A stretch of DNA of 64,000 nucleotides from an uncultured Planctomycetia bacterium (GCA_964642015.1 CAZXLF010000007.1:11964-75963); one strand, 5' to 3'. Shown: positions 1-10,114, numbered from the stretch's first letter. Notes: a model not told the origin generated them from the sequence alone. Made by a program: numbers and translations.

Positions 1-526
1 TCTTTGAAGCCAACTCCGTAGCCAGCGAACGGGTAAAGGAATTTATCGCTCCTTTGGACGCCGCATAATTCGCCTGGCCAAAACCGCCTAGGTCCGCAAC
101 AACCGAGGAAATATTGATGATCCTTCCGCCGCCCTGCATGACCATCTGTCTGGCGACCGCCTTGCAAAATAAATAAACGCTTCCAAGATTGGTATCGATC
201 ACTTCCGACCAATCTTCATCCGGCATCGTCAAAAAAAGTCCGTCGGATATGATGCCGGCGTTATTCACCAGAATATCTAAAGAGCTTTCCTTCTCAAGGA
301 TCTGTTCGATCGTCTTCTCGACGTCTTCTTTCTTCCGGGCATCACAGGCTAAAAAAAAGACTTGGCCCGTCTTACCGGCCGATCGAGCGACTGCTTCAGC
401 ATCCGCTTTCGAGGAATGATAGGTAAAATAAACCTTCGCCCCTTCATTTGCAAAACGCCTGACGATCGCAGCACCTATTCCGCGCGAACCTCCGGTGACT
501 AAGACGACTTTACCCTGGAATTTCAT
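1..526 (-). CDS. fabG: 3-oxoacyl-ACP reductase-like SDR, 3' end runs off the window
   Basis: Not in the ORF track. Read manually from ATG at 526: MKFQGKVVLVTGGSRGIGAAI...LVNNAGI...GQANYAASKG (TGxxxGIG, NNAG, YxxxK). ATGA overlap with the upstream dehydratase stop. Confidence 0.85.
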   Translation of the reverse strand, partial: MKFQGKVVLVTGGSRGIGAAIVRRFANEGAKVYFTYHSSKADAEAVARSAGKTGQVFFLACDARKKEDVEKTIEQILEKESSLDILVNNAGIISDGLFLTMPDEDWSEVIDTNLGSVYLFCKAVARQMVMQGGGRIINISSVVADLGGFGQANYAASKGAINSFTRSLATELASK

Positions 527-966
527 ACTTGCGTCAAAGCCAACGTGGCCGTCAAAGTCTTTCCAAAAGGCGGAGCCATCAGATCGATACGACCGTCAAA
601 AAAATTCTTTGTAGCCTCGCGCCTTAATAAACGGACCGAAACCTTAAGCTGGGTACCCGGCTTCACGAACTGCCCGAAACGTGCTTCTTCAACGTCGGTC
701 AACCGGTATTTTTTGTCACCGGAACCGTCCGATAAGTGAAGAAGCGATACCGCCGCTTGTTTTACTGTCTCCAGGAGCAACACTCCCGGCATTACAGGAA
801 AATTTTTGAAATGGTCCTTTAAAAACTCTTCCTTGCCAGTCAGAGTGTAATAAGCCGTTAAACTATCGTCCTTTTTAAACTCTGCGACTTTATCAATAAA
901 GCCGAAAATGCTCAAAAAAAGGTACCCTCTATGCCATATAACGTGTTGGCAAATATAGTGTAACAA
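523..966 (-). CDS. FabZ/FabA-type 3-hydroxyacyl-ACP dehydratase (true start probably TTG near 915)
   Basis: FIDK and HF-x3-PVMPGVLLLE motifs, FVKPG; coupled to fabG. Confidence 0.8.
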   Translation of the reverse strand: MLHYICQHVIWHRGYLFLSIFGFIDKVAEFKKDDSLTAYYTLTGKEEFLKDHFKNFPVMPGVLLLETVKQAAVSLLHLSDGSGDKKYRLTDVEEARFGQFVKPGTQLKVSVRLLRREATKNFFDGRIDLMAPPFGKTLTATLALTQV

Positions 967-993
967 TATAGCAGAACCGGCCTAAAATGCCAA
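965..993 (-). promoter_or_regulatory. Putative sigma70 promoter for dehydratase-fabG
   Basis: TTGGCA-17 nt-TATATT with extended -10 TG on minus strand. Confidence 0.5.
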
Positions 994-1002
994 GCGCCCT
1001 TT

Positions 1003-1770
1003 TTAAGCACGACGCTCGGCTCTAAGGTCACGTACCGGATTACCTCCCCAGATGCCTTTTGGAGGGATCTTAGTACCTTTTGGCAGGAAACTGCATGGTG
1101 AGATCGAAGCTCCGTCTCCTATTTCACAATCCGGCATGATCACCGAGCCCAAACCGATAGAAACATTATTTCCTATCTTTGTAGGGGCAAGTCTTATGAA
1201 GCCTCTCTCCGAAGCATGGCAGATCAGAGCGACTCCTCCGCCGATCAAAACATTATTGCCTATCTCAAGCATGGATAAGTCGGCTAAACCGGCAGTGTTG
1301 ATATTAACTCCCTCACCGACTTTTGCACCCATTAGGCGATAGAAAAGCGTTTGGAAGGGTGAAAGTCTTAAAACATCCAGAAAAGCGCTGTTGGCCAATA
1401 AGATCAAACTGTTATAACCCATCCACCTGAGACATTCTTTGGAATGGATAGTATAGAGTCCCGGCGCTATCTTAAAACCGAAGAAATTTTTCGCTAAAAC
1501 GCAGAAAAATATAAGTGCCGTTCCAAAAATGAAGTAACCGAACGCGATCGAAAAAGATAAAGCCAGGATCTTCATCCACAGCGGATAAATAGCCATGACC
1601 TTCCATAGGCCGAAAAAGAAAAAAAGCATCGGGAAAAGACTGAATGCCAGCACCCCTATTGCCAAAAAATGCAAGAACCATATCCACAATCCGAAGCGTG
1701 TAGCTTCCCATTGGGCGCGTTTTGCCTTTTCTTCCTTGGTTTCCATGCGCCACATCTTAACATATTTCAC
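1003..1770 (-). CDS. Membrane-anchored hexapeptide-repeat (left-handed beta-helix) acyltransferase-like protein
   Basis: Two N-terminal TM helices, then YRLMGAKVG, IGNNVLIG, IGNNVSIG, IGDGASI repeats and WGGNP ending. Confidence 0.7.
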   Translation of the reverse strand: MKYVKMWRMETKEEKAKRAQWEATRFGLWIWFLHFLAIGVLAFSLFPMLFFFFGLWKVMAIYPLWMKILALSFSIAFGYFIFGTALIFFCVLAKNFFGFKIAPGLYTIHSKECLRWMGYNSLILLANSAFLDVLRLSPFQTLFYRLMGAKVGEGVNINTAGLADLSMLEIGNNVLIGGGVALICHASERGFIRLAPTKIGNNVSIGLGSVIMPDCEIGDGASISPCSFLPKGTKIPPKGIWGGNPVRDLRAERRA

Positions 1771-1810
1771 TGCTTGCTTCTATTTTCCAATGATGATAAA
1801 TTAACCATTT

Positions 1811-2560
1811 ATGAAAACTAAAGAAAGATGCATATTCATCAGCGGGGGTTCGCGGGGCATCGGCAAAGCGATCTCGCTTTCCCAGGCTGAAAAAGGCACA
1901 ACGCTCTTCGTGAACTATCTGCGCGATGACGAATCCGCTTCAAAATTCAAAAAAGAAGCCGAGAAAAAAGGCGCAAAAGTTCATCTTCTGCCGGGCAATA
2001 TTGGCGACCCGGATACCATTCTCTCGATATTCAAATCGATCCATGAAAAAACAAATCATCTGGACGTGCTGATCCACAATGCCGCATTAGGAGTATTCAA
2101 ACCCGTCTACCAACTGCGCGAAAAGGACTGGGATATTTCACTGGACGTGAACGCCAAAGCGCTTCTATTCTTAAGTCAATCCGCACTACCGCTGATGAAA
2201 AATCACGGCGGCAAGATCATCGCCATTTCAAGTCTGGGTTCCAATCATTTCACGCCCAACTACGGAGCGATCGGCATTTCAAAAGCGGCTTTGGAATCCT
2301 TAGTAAGATATCTGGCTGTGGAGTTCGCTCCTCACAAGATCCATGTCAATGCGGTAAGCGGAGGCCTTATCGAAACGGATTCTCTGAAAATGTTCCCTGA
2401 ATTCCATGAAATGAAAAAGGAGTTTTTGCGCCACACGCCTGGAGGCCGTCTGGGAACGCCCGAAGACATCGCGAAAGTAGTATCATTCCTGCTGAGCCCA
2501 AATTCCGACTGGGTGTACGGACAGACGCTGATCGCCGACGGTGGCTATTCTCTCTTTTAA
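1811..2560 (+). CDS. fabL: Enoyl-ACP reductase, FabL-like SDR
   Basis: GGSRGIG, HNAALGV, Y-x6-K (YGAIGISK), AALESLVRYLAVE, GQTLIADGG. Confidence 0.75.
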   Translation: MKTKERCIFISGGSRGIGKAISLSQAEKGTTLFVNYLRDDESASKFKKEAEKKGAKVHLLPGNIGDPDTILSIFKSIHEKTNHLDVLIHNAALGVFKPVYQLREKDWDISLDVNAKALLFLSQSALPLMKNHGGKIIAISSLGSNHFTPNYGAIGISKAALESLVRYLAVEFAPHKIHVNAVSGGLIETDSLKMFPEFHEMKKEFLRHTPGGRLGTPEDIAKVVSFLLSPNSDWVYGQTLIADGGYSLF

Positions 2561-3716
2561 TTTCCTCGTAACCGCTTCATTGATCTTCATCTTTTTAACT
2601 TGGTTGAAACGGATCATCTGGATGGCTCTTTTCCGAAAAGCGCATCCTCCTCTCACACCGATCCAAAGATACGTTTCCGGCCTTCCGAAAGTCTCGGTGA
2701 TCATTCCCGCGAAGAACGAAGAAAAGAATATTTCAAATGTCCTGATCCATCTTTTCAGGCAGAATTACAAAAATTTTGAGATCATCGTCGTCGATGACCG
2801 GTCAAACGACAAAACGCCTCATCTGCTTGAAAATTTTAAAAAATTATCCCCGGTAGACTTTAAAATCATTAGAATCGAAAAACTTCCGGAGGGTTGGACA
2901 GGAAAAAATTACGCGATGTTCACCGGTTCAAAATCGGCTACCGGAGAATGGCTGCTTTTCACAGACGCAGACACCACCCACAAACCGGAAAGCATAACGA
3001 CAGCTTTGTCATGCGCCATGGAAAATAAGATCGATTTTCTGACCTTGGCACCTGAAGTGGAATCACGCACGTTCTGGGAAAAAACTGTACAACCTCTGGC
3101 GATCTCAAGTCTGGCACTTTGGTTCCAGTCCGACAAAGTGAATGATCCTAAAAGCGGTGTGACACTCGCGAACGGCCAGTTTCTCCTTATACGGAAGGAA
3201 ATTTATGAAAAAACCGGCGGCAACGAATCCGTAAAAAATGAAGTAGTTGAAGATGTGGAATTGGCGAAAAAAATCCGTGAAAATGGTTTTACGGTACAGT
3301 TTTTGAACGGGACAAGTATCTATTCAACGCGCATGTACAGCTCTCTGAAGGAGATCCGCATTGGTTGGACAAGGATATTCACGTATCTTTTTAATAAAAA
3401 CATCCCATCGATCGCTCACAAGATCACATTATTTTTATTTTTTTCGCTTTTACCTTTCGCCGTTTTACTGTCGGAAAAGATATTTTTTATACTCAAATCG
3501 CCCCACTTCAGCATGAAACTTCTTATTTTAAGCGGGATCGTATCCTTATGGATCGTTCTGATACGCTCTATCGGTAATAAAATATTAAAAACCAGCCCTT
3601 GGTATGCATTCCTCCATCCGCTGGGATCCTTGGTGATGATCTGGATCCTTTCAGCATGCATCGGAAGAATAATCTTCAACCAGCCCTCCGCTTGGCGCGG
3701 AGATCTTCATCAATAG
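2541..3716 (+). CDS. Membrane GT2 glycosyltransferase (CrtQ/HpnB-like)
   Basis: VSVIIPAKNEE, VVDDRSND, GWTGK, FTDADT, ANGQF, VVEDV; C-terminal TM helices and WRG. Confidence 0.8.
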   Translation: MAILSFNFLVTASLIFIFLTWLKRIIWMALFRKAHPPLTPIQRYVSGLPKVSVIIPAKNEEKNISNVLIHLFRQNYKNFEIIVVDDRSNDKTPHLLENFKKLSPVDFKIIRIEKLPEGWTGKNYAMFTGSKSATGEWLLFTDADTTHKPESITTALSCAMENKIDFLTLAPEVESRTFWEKTVQPLAISSLALWFQSDKVNDPKSGVTLANGQFLLIRKEIYEKTGGNESVKNEVVEDVELAKKIRENGFTVQFLNGTSIYSTRMYSSLKEIRIGWTRIFTYLFNKNIPSIAHKITLFLFFSLLPFAVLLSEKIFFILKSPHFSMKLLILSGIVSLWIVLIRSIGNKILKTSPWYAFLHPLGSLVMIWILSACIGRIIFNQPSAWRGDLHQ

Positions 3717-3738
3717 AACAAACTTACTTTAATAAACG

Positions 3739-5658
3739 TTATTTCGTTGAACGCGTAGCCTGGTTGGATGACCGCGTTAATTCTTCGATCTTTCTGACAT
3801 TTTCCCGGATCTGGTCATCATGAGGATCTATCTTCAAAACTTCTTCCCATATAGCTTTTGCTTCCAGAAGCCTTCCCGAATTTCCATAAAGAGAACCGAG
3901 ATTTTTCATGACCGGTACTGAACCGGGATATTTCTTAAGATATTCCAGGAATGTTTTTTCGGCATGAGGAATATCTCCTGTTTCGGCGTAAGCAAGCCCC
4001 AGATTAGGCAATATGTAGTCAACAAGAGGGTTGCAAATCAGCCCTTGATTGTACATTTTAATGGCCTGTCCGAAATCTTGCTTCCTGAAATACCAGTTAC
4101 CTAAGGAGACCGCTGTTTCCCATAGACCAGGATCTAAACGCAAAGCCTTGATGTAAGCCTCATGAGCTTCATCAAGTTTACTTTCGTTCTCAAAGCAAAT
4201 GCCGAGATTATGCCAAGCTTTCGCGTAGTTTGGATTCAATGAGATCGCCTTTTTGAAATATCCCTCCGCTTTCGACCGTTCATTCAGCATATTATAGACA
4301 ATTCCCAGATTATTAAATGCTTCAAAGTCATCGGGTCTGATCAGCAAAGCGGCCCGGTAATCGGCGATGGCTTCGTTGAATCTTTTCTGAGCCTTGAATT
4401 CATTACCGCGGTTAAGATAAGCCGTTTCGGCCCTAGGATAATTTTTCAAAACATCCGTCCACAAGGCCAACGTGTTTTTCCAGACCTGACATCGCTGCCA
4501 GGTCAAATAAAAGCAGGCGCTCGAATAAGAGATGAGAAGTATAGAAACAACTAGGCTCAAAAAAGCGGATCTTTTTTGATAAAGATACCAAAGTAATTCT
4601 CCCATCAGATAAAAAATGCCGATGGAAGGAATGTAAGTATAACGATCAAAAACGACGCAGGGATTGATAGGGATCAATTCAATAGCCGGTATAACCGTGA
4701 ATAAAAAAAATAAACCTCCAAAAAGGACTTTTTTCGAATATTTAGACAATCGATGAACAACAATGATCAAAATCATGAGAAAGCTTGGCGAAGCAAGATA
4801 CAATGCGGGGAGCAAATTTCCTGTTTTTTTAGGAAAGGGATAAAAACAAGAGAGTTTCAACGGTATAAATATTTTATAAAGGTAAAAAAGAGGCGCATAG
4901 GCGGCATAGAAAAGATTATCCCAAGTAAAAAAGCCGGCATTATTCATGTGCAGGATATTTCCGCGCTGTCCCTCGATGCCCAACAAGCCGAAAAAAAGAG
5001 CGGTGATGAAAAATGGGCTTTTTTCAAATAGGTGTTTTTTAACAAAACGATCTTCTTCCAAAAAATCGAAAAGCAATAAAACCAAAGGTAAAGTGATCCC
5101 GCTCGGTTTCGTCATAAGTGACAAAATGAAAAAAATGAAGCAAATGCCGTAATATTTTTTCCCGCCTGTCCTTCGATAAGCAAGATAAGCGGCGATCGAT
5201 CCCAGAAAGAAAAAAGAACAAAGCACATCTTTTCTTTCTGTCACCCAAGCGACGGACTCCACATGCATCGGATGGATCCCGAACAATAAAGCGGTGAAAA
5301 CACAAACAAAGAGATTTTCCGTCAGAAAGGATACGATCCAAAAAACCAATAAACAGTTCAAAAGGTGAAAAATCAAATTAGTCGCGTGATAAGCAAGAGG
5401 GTTGAACCCAAAAAAATGATATTCAATGCTGTAGGAAAATAGAAAACACGGCTGATACATGTAACGGAAGAATGAACTGAAGATGTGCCACACATTACCA
5501 AAAGATAATGTTCGTATGAGCGGATTTTCTAGAAGATTAAAGCCGTCATCCCAACTGACAAAACCATTCTTTAATGAAGGGACGTAATTTAAAACTGTAA
5601 TGAAAAGAACTGTGAATAAAAAAAAGACATATTTAATATCTTTTTTTTGGCCGGTCAA
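3739..5658 (-). CDS. TMTC-like GT-C membrane glycosyltransferase with C-terminal TPR repeats
   Basis: FVSWDD, HPMHVESVAWVTERKD, DRYTY motifs, many TM helices, multiple TPRs. Confidence 0.8.
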   Translation of the reverse strand: MTGQKKDIKYVFFLFTVLFITVLNYVPSLKNGFVSWDDGFNLLENPLIRTLSFGNVWHIFSSFFRYMYQPCFLFSYSIEYHFFGFNPLAYHATNLIFHLLNCLLVFWIVSFLTENLFVCVFTALLFGIHPMHVESVAWVTERKDVLCSFFFLGSIAAYLAYRRTGGKKYYGICFIFFILSLMTKPSGITLPLVLLLFDFLEEDRFVKKHLFEKSPFFITALFFGLLGIEGQRGNILHMNNAGFFTWDNLFYAAYAPLFYLYKIFIPLKLSCFYPFPKKTGNLLPALYLASPSFLMILIIVVHRLSKYSKKVLFGGLFFLFTVIPAIELIPINPCVVFDRYTYIPSIGIFYLMGELLWYLYQKRSAFLSLVVSILLISYSSACFYLTWQRCQVWKNTLALWTDVLKNYPRAETAYLNRGNEFKAQKRFNEAIADYRAALLIRPDDFEAFNNLGIVYNMLNERSKAEGYFKKAISLNPNYAKAWHNLGICFENESKLDEAHEAYIKALRLDPGLWETAVSLGNWYFRKQDFGQAIKMYNQGLICNPLVDYILPNLGLAYAETGDIPHAEKTFLEYLKKYPGSVPVMKNLGSLYGNSGRLLEAKAIWEEVLKIDPHDDQIRENVRKIEELTRSSNQATRSTK

Positions 5659-5701
5659 ACAGATACTCTAAATCTTAAGATGCAAAACGCGTATAGACTC
5701 A

Positions 5702-6253
5702 TCACTTCGTCGTCCAACTCCCGTCCGCGTTTTGAACGGGTGTACCGCTCGAAAGACGCTCACGAAGCTTTTCAGCATAAATTTTTTGGACTTGATCGAC
5801 CGACGATTGACGTTTTGCGGCGATCGACCGGTAAATGATCATGCGATCATTATTCTCATCGTTCATCAATTGGCTCGCACGAGCGTCACCCGCACCGCGC
5901 ATCACGACAAGTGCTGCATTGCTTTCCCCTAAGATGCCTTTGGATTCCAAGGAAGACAATTCGGCACGGCGGTCACGGCGGCGGTAAGCCGCCTCTTTCG
6001 ATTCAGGGCTCCAGCTATCTTCGTCCGCATATGCGTTAGGAATAATAAGTGCGCTGAGATCTTTTTTTCCGCTGTCTTTTCCTGAAACGATATTTTCAAT
6101 ATCATCCGCGTCCTTTGCGACATGTTGATAAACATCGAGGCGCATGGAAATATCCATCTTGATGGGATCTTTCGGCGCTTCTACTTGTACGCGTGCGCAA
6201 CCGACCATAACAACAAACAAACCCGCAAGCATCCAACTGACTTTTCTTGTCAT
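5702..6253 (-). CDS. YnbE-like lipoprotein fused to YdbL/DUF1318 domain
   Basis: Lipobox VMVG-C, VEAPKDPIKMDISMRLD (YnbE), GILGESN...ENNDRMIIY...QNADGSW (YdbL); start taken at Met17 with SD. Confidence 0.75.
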   Translation of the reverse strand: MTRKVSWMLAGLFVVMVGCARVQVEAPKDPIKMDISMRLDVYQHVAKDADDIENIVSGKDSGKKDLSALIIPNAYADEDSWSPESKEAAYRRRDRRAELSSLESKGILGESNAALVVMRGAGDARASQLMNDENNDRMIIYRSIAAKRQSSVDQVQKIYAEKLRERLSSGTPVQNADGSWTTK

Positions 6254-6266
6254 CCCATCCTCCATT

Positions 6267-7349
6267 TCAAAGCAGATCGTGCAGTTTGATCTCAAAATCA
6301 CGTTTGCCCTTTTGTCCGTTAAGGTTCACTAAAAAATTGATGTCATGTCCTTCCATTGCCAGCGATAAAGCTGCGGTATCAAAATGATATTCTTTAAAAC
6401 CCGCTTCAACAAGTTCGATAGGCTGATGGACATTCTGCGCCAGATAATTGAGGAAATCCTGATCTTGGATCACAAGATCTCCGCCTTTTTCCGAAGCGGA
6501 TAGATCGCCTGAAAGCGATTTAAGCCCCGAAAAATCGCCGCTTAGCTTTATTTTACCAGTTAAAAGTCCGTTCGCGGTCATTTTCTTTTGCAACTCGAAA
6601 TCCTTGGTGAATTTATCCATATCCAAGGATAAAAGGTCAAGCGAAGCCTGATAATTGAAGCCATGGGCGATCTCAATGTCGCATGAACCATTTAAATTTC
6701 CATTCACAAGAGAAGCGGATAATGGTTCTACACGCAAAGAGTCGTTTTGCGCCGTTATCCTGCCTTGAATATTGTCTATCTTCAATTTATTAAAAGTGAG
6801 CTTTTCGATCGACAGATGACCATCACTATTTTTTGGTATATTGATGATCACATTCTCCAAAGAAAGATCCCCCGTTTTTATAAAAGATGCCGAAATATCT
6901 ACCGAATGGATCTTTCTTTTCAATAGGTCTACATCAAGAGAGCCGTGCATTTTTAAAATGAAATCAAACGCCGTGCAATCAATATCCAAATTATGGATCT
7001 CGATAGCACGAAGAAAAGTATGATTCAAAAAATCGTTATTTGAAGTGCCGTTTTTTCGGGACCATGCTTTAGGTATTGCGTTTATTTTGATATGAGGATC
7101 TTCGAAAATAATTTTCAAGTCTGGATTAAGCATCGATCTTTTGACCGAGATCTCATAAGATGGATTTTTGATATCCACATTCGAGAAAATAAGCGCAGGA
7201 GGTAATGCGGTCGTGACCGATCCTATGGAAACATGAGCATCTTTGAAAAAATGCCGGAATCTGACTTGAGCATAGGATTTGATAGCTAACGGCACCGAAA
7301 ACGCAAAAAATAACAAGATAAGAAAAAATATAGCGATCTTTTTCAACAT
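6267..7349 (-). CDS. YdbH-like (AsmA superfamily) intermembrane lipid-bridge protein, short form
   Basis: N-terminal TM anchor, beta-rich repeats, adjacency to ynbE-ydbL. Confidence 0.6.
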   Translation of the reverse strand: MLKKIAIFFLILLFFAFSVPLAIKSYAQVRFRHFFKDAHVSIGSVTTALPPALIFSNVDIKNPSYEISVKRSMLNPDLKIIFEDPHIKINAIPKAWSRKNGTSNNDFLNHTFLRAIEIHNLDIDCTAFDFILKMHGSLDVDLLKRKIHSVDISASFIKTGDLSLENVIINIPKNSDGHLSIEKLTFNKLKIDNIQGRITAQNDSLRVEPLSASLVNGNLNGSCDIEIAHGFNYQASLDLLSLDMDKFTKDFELQKKMTANGLLTGKIKLSGDFSGLKSLSGDLSASEKGGDLVIQDQDFLNYLAQNVHQPIELVEAGFKEYHFDTAALSLAMEGHDINFLVNLNGQKGKRDFEIKLHDLL

Positions 7350-7350
7350 A

Positions 7351-9594
7351 TCAATATCGCCTGGCTGTGTTTTTCTTCACAGGCCCGGAAGATTTCCTCA
7401 TGGATAAAGATATCCGGTTGCGTGCGGTATCGATCTCTAAAACCTTCACGCGGACCACTTGACCGGTCCGCACAACCGTATGCGGATCTTTGATAAACTC
7501 ATCCGCAAGCTCTGAAATATGCACTAAACCGTCCTGATGAACTCCGATGTCAACGAATGCGCCGAAATTGGCTACATTCGTGATCGTGCCCTCAAGCATC
7601 ATGCCGGGCTTTAGATCCGCCAAATTATTAACATCGTCTTTGAATGTGGCTGTTTTGAACTCCGGCCTTGGATCGCGGCTAGGTTTTTCCAACTCCTGAA
7701 GAATATCTTGGACTGTCGGCAAACCCACTGTTTCCGAAACAAATTCTTCCGGCTTTAAAGAAGATAAGAGATTTTCATTGCCCATTAATTCATTGATCTT
7801 CTTTTGCGTTTTTTCCAAGATGTGTTCCACCACCGCATAAGACTCCGGATGAACGGCTGAACAATCCAAAGGATTTTCACTGTTCCTTATCCTTAAAAAC
7901 CCGGCCGCTTGCTCAAAAGTTCTGGGCCCGAATTCAGGAGCGGTCAAAAATTCCATGCGGTTCTTAAAAAGGCCGTTTTTTTCGCGGTGGGCGATCAAAT
8001 TTTCAGCAGCAGAACGGCTAAGGCCTGACACATAAGACAAAAGAGATGCCGAAGCCGTATTCACGTCGACGCCGACAGCATTTACGCAGTCTTCGACGAC
8101 AGCGTGCAACATTTTTTCCAATCGGCGCTGGTTTACATCATGCTGGTACTGGCCAACACCGATCGACTTGGGCTCGATCTTGACCAACTCCGCGAGAGGA
8201 TCTTGCAGACGTCTGGCGATCGACACAGCGCCTCTCAATGTCACGTCAAGAGTAGGATGTTCTTTGGAAGCAAGTTCTGAAGCGGAATAAACCGACGCAC
8301 CGGCTTCAGAAACCACAACTTTAATGACTTTTAGATCCGGATTTTGTTTCAAGACATCGATCACCAGCTTGTCTGTTTCGCGAGAGGCCGTACCATTTCC
8401 AATGGCGATCAACTCAACGCCATATTTTTTAATAGTGGATTCGAGCGCTCTCATCGAGCGCTCACGGTCACCTTCGGGAGGATGCGGGAAAATCGTTCCG
8501 GTGGCTGTGACTTTACCGGCTTCATTCACAACCGCGACTTTTACGCCTGTTCGATAACCGGGATCAAGTCCCATCGTCACACGAGGCCCGGCCGGTGAAG
8601 CTAATAGTAGATTTCTCAAATTTTCAGCGAACACACGTATCGCTTCTTCGTCCGCTTTTTCCCGCAGTTCGCTCAAAATATCGATCTCAAATCGCAGCTT
8701 CAGACGGTATTTCCAAGTCTGTCTGGCTGTTTCAAAAAGCCACGTGTCAGCCGCGCGACGATTCAGCGATAAATTGAAATGTCTAAGGATGATCTGGATA
8801 TAATCATTGTCCGTATCGATCTTTTCGTCTCGGTAATCTGAATAACCGTCGGTGGTAAATGAAAGATCCAGCACATTTTCTTTTCGTCCGCGCAAAAGCG
8901 CCAATAAGCGATGAGAACGGATCTCTTTGACAGGTTCACGATGATTAAAATAATCCGAAAATTTTTCCGCTTCGGGATTTGACTCTTTGTCATCACGCCT
9001 TTTGGAAACGATCCACGCCTCGTTCCAATATTTGGCGCGAAGCCTACCGTTCAGAGACGCATCTTCTGAAAAACGCTCTTCCAAAATATCCCGGGCTCCG
9101 GAAAGCGCGCTTTTAGCGTCCATGACCGCTTTATCGGGATCCACGTATTCCTTCGCGACAACTTCAGGGTCCAAACTCTGATCGGCCAATAACCTTTCAG
9201 CCAAAGGCCCGAGCCCTTTATCGCGTGCTGCTTGCGCCCTGCTGTTTTTTTTCGGTTTAAAAGGAAGGTAGAGATCCTCAAGTTCTCTCTGAGTCGATGC
9301 TTTTTGTATAGCCGCATTCAAGCTCGGCGTGAGTTTACCTTGATCTTCAAGACTTTGAATTATCTCAATACGCCTCTGCTCAAGGTCCCGGTAAAATTCC
9401 ACACGTTCAGATAACATGCGCAGATGCGTATCTGTCATTCCTCCGGTCGCTTCTTTTCGGTACCTGGCTATGAACGGCACGGTCGCGCCGCTGTCCAATA
9501 ACCGGATAGCCGACCAAACCTGTTCACGCGTGACTGAAAGTTCTTTTGCTAAGATCTGCTCAATGCCTGATTCAGCTTGCTCAGTCTGGGTCAT
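7351..9594 (-). CDS. tex: Tex/YhgF RNA-binding transcriptional accessory protein
   Basis: GATVPFIARYRKEATG, GLDPGYRTGVK, SIGVGQYQHD, C-terminal S1 domain. Confidence 0.95.
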   Translation of the reverse strand: MTQTEQAESGIEQILAKELSVTREQVWSAIRLLDSGATVPFIARYRKEATGGMTDTHLRMLSERVEFYRDLEQRRIEIIQSLEDQGKLTPSLNAAIQKASTQRELEDLYLPFKPKKNSRAQAARDKGLGPLAERLLADQSLDPEVVAKEYVDPDKAVMDAKSALSGARDILEERFSEDASLNGRLRAKYWNEAWIVSKRRDDKESNPEAEKFSDYFNHREPVKEIRSHRLLALLRGRKENVLDLSFTTDGYSDYRDEKIDTDNDYIQIILRHFNLSLNRRAADTWLFETARQTWKYRLKLRFEIDILSELREKADEEAIRVFAENLRNLLLASPAGPRVTMGLDPGYRTGVKVAVVNEAGKVTATGTIFPHPPEGDRERSMRALESTIKKYGVELIAIGNGTASRETDKLVIDVLKQNPDLKVIKVVVSEAGASVYSASELASKEHPTLDVTLRGAVSIARRLQDPLAELVKIEPKSIGVGQYQHDVNQRRLEKMLHAVVEDCVNAVGVDVNTASASLLSYVSGLSRSAAENLIAHREKNGLFKNRMEFLTAPEFGPRTFEQAAGFLRIRNSENPLDCSAVHPESYAVVEHILEKTQKKINELMGNENLLSSLKPEEFVSETVGLPTVQDILQELEKPSRDPRPEFKTATFKDDVNNLADLKPGMMLEGTITNVANFGAFVDIGVHQDGLVHISELADEFIKDPHTVVRTGQVVRVKVLEIDTARNRISLSMRKSSGPVKKNTARRY

Positions 9595-9610
9595 TGCTTA
9601 AATAGGGAGG

Positions 9611-9832
9611 TCAAAGTTGGAATTCTTTTCTTTCGGGAAGCGGTTTTTTGACGGTGGTTATCAACTGCGAAATATCATCTATATATTCTCTGGCTTTCTC
9701 GTTGACTTGGTTCCAATAAAACTCAGTATAGCTCTGAATGTCCATCTGTCCTTCATGGACATGCAGATACCAGCCCCAAATATACGTACCAAGAAATATA
9801 CAGACAATAATGGTCAATAGAAAACGCAGCAT
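9611..9832 (-). CDS. Small hypothetical membrane protein
   Basis: N-terminal hydrophobic helix; fills gap in a minus-strand gene run. Confidence 0.55.
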   Translation of the reverse strand: MLRFLLTIIVCIFLGTYIWGWYLHVHEGQMDIQSYTEFYWNQVNEKAREYIDDISQLITTVKKPLPERKEFQL

Positions 9833-9853
9833 AAAGCGCCTTTCTCTTGATGG

Positions 9854-10114
9854 TTACCAGTTGCTATTGCCGGATTTTGCGCTGTCATCGGCGGACTTTT
9901 TCATCATCACCTTCACCATGCCCGTTGAGTTAACATGTGAAAAATTTTTCACCGCGTCGAACTGTCGAGTTTCCGATCCTGGATAATATTTACTCTGCAC
10001 AAAATTGATGATCAAAGCTGTCACCACAAATGCCATCATCAAAAATAAAAAAACAGGGCCTATCTTCAGCAATGCTTCGTAGAATGGCCCTCTGGGATTC
10101 CGACCCATTAGCAT
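9854..10114 (-). CDS. Small hypothetical membrane protein
   Basis: Single TM helix; co-oriented with neighbours. Confidence 0.5.
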   Translation of the reverse strand: MLMGRNPRGPFYEALLKIGPVFLFLMMAFVVTALIINFVQSKYYPGSETRQFDAVKNFSHVNSTGMVKVMMKKSADDSAKSGNSNW

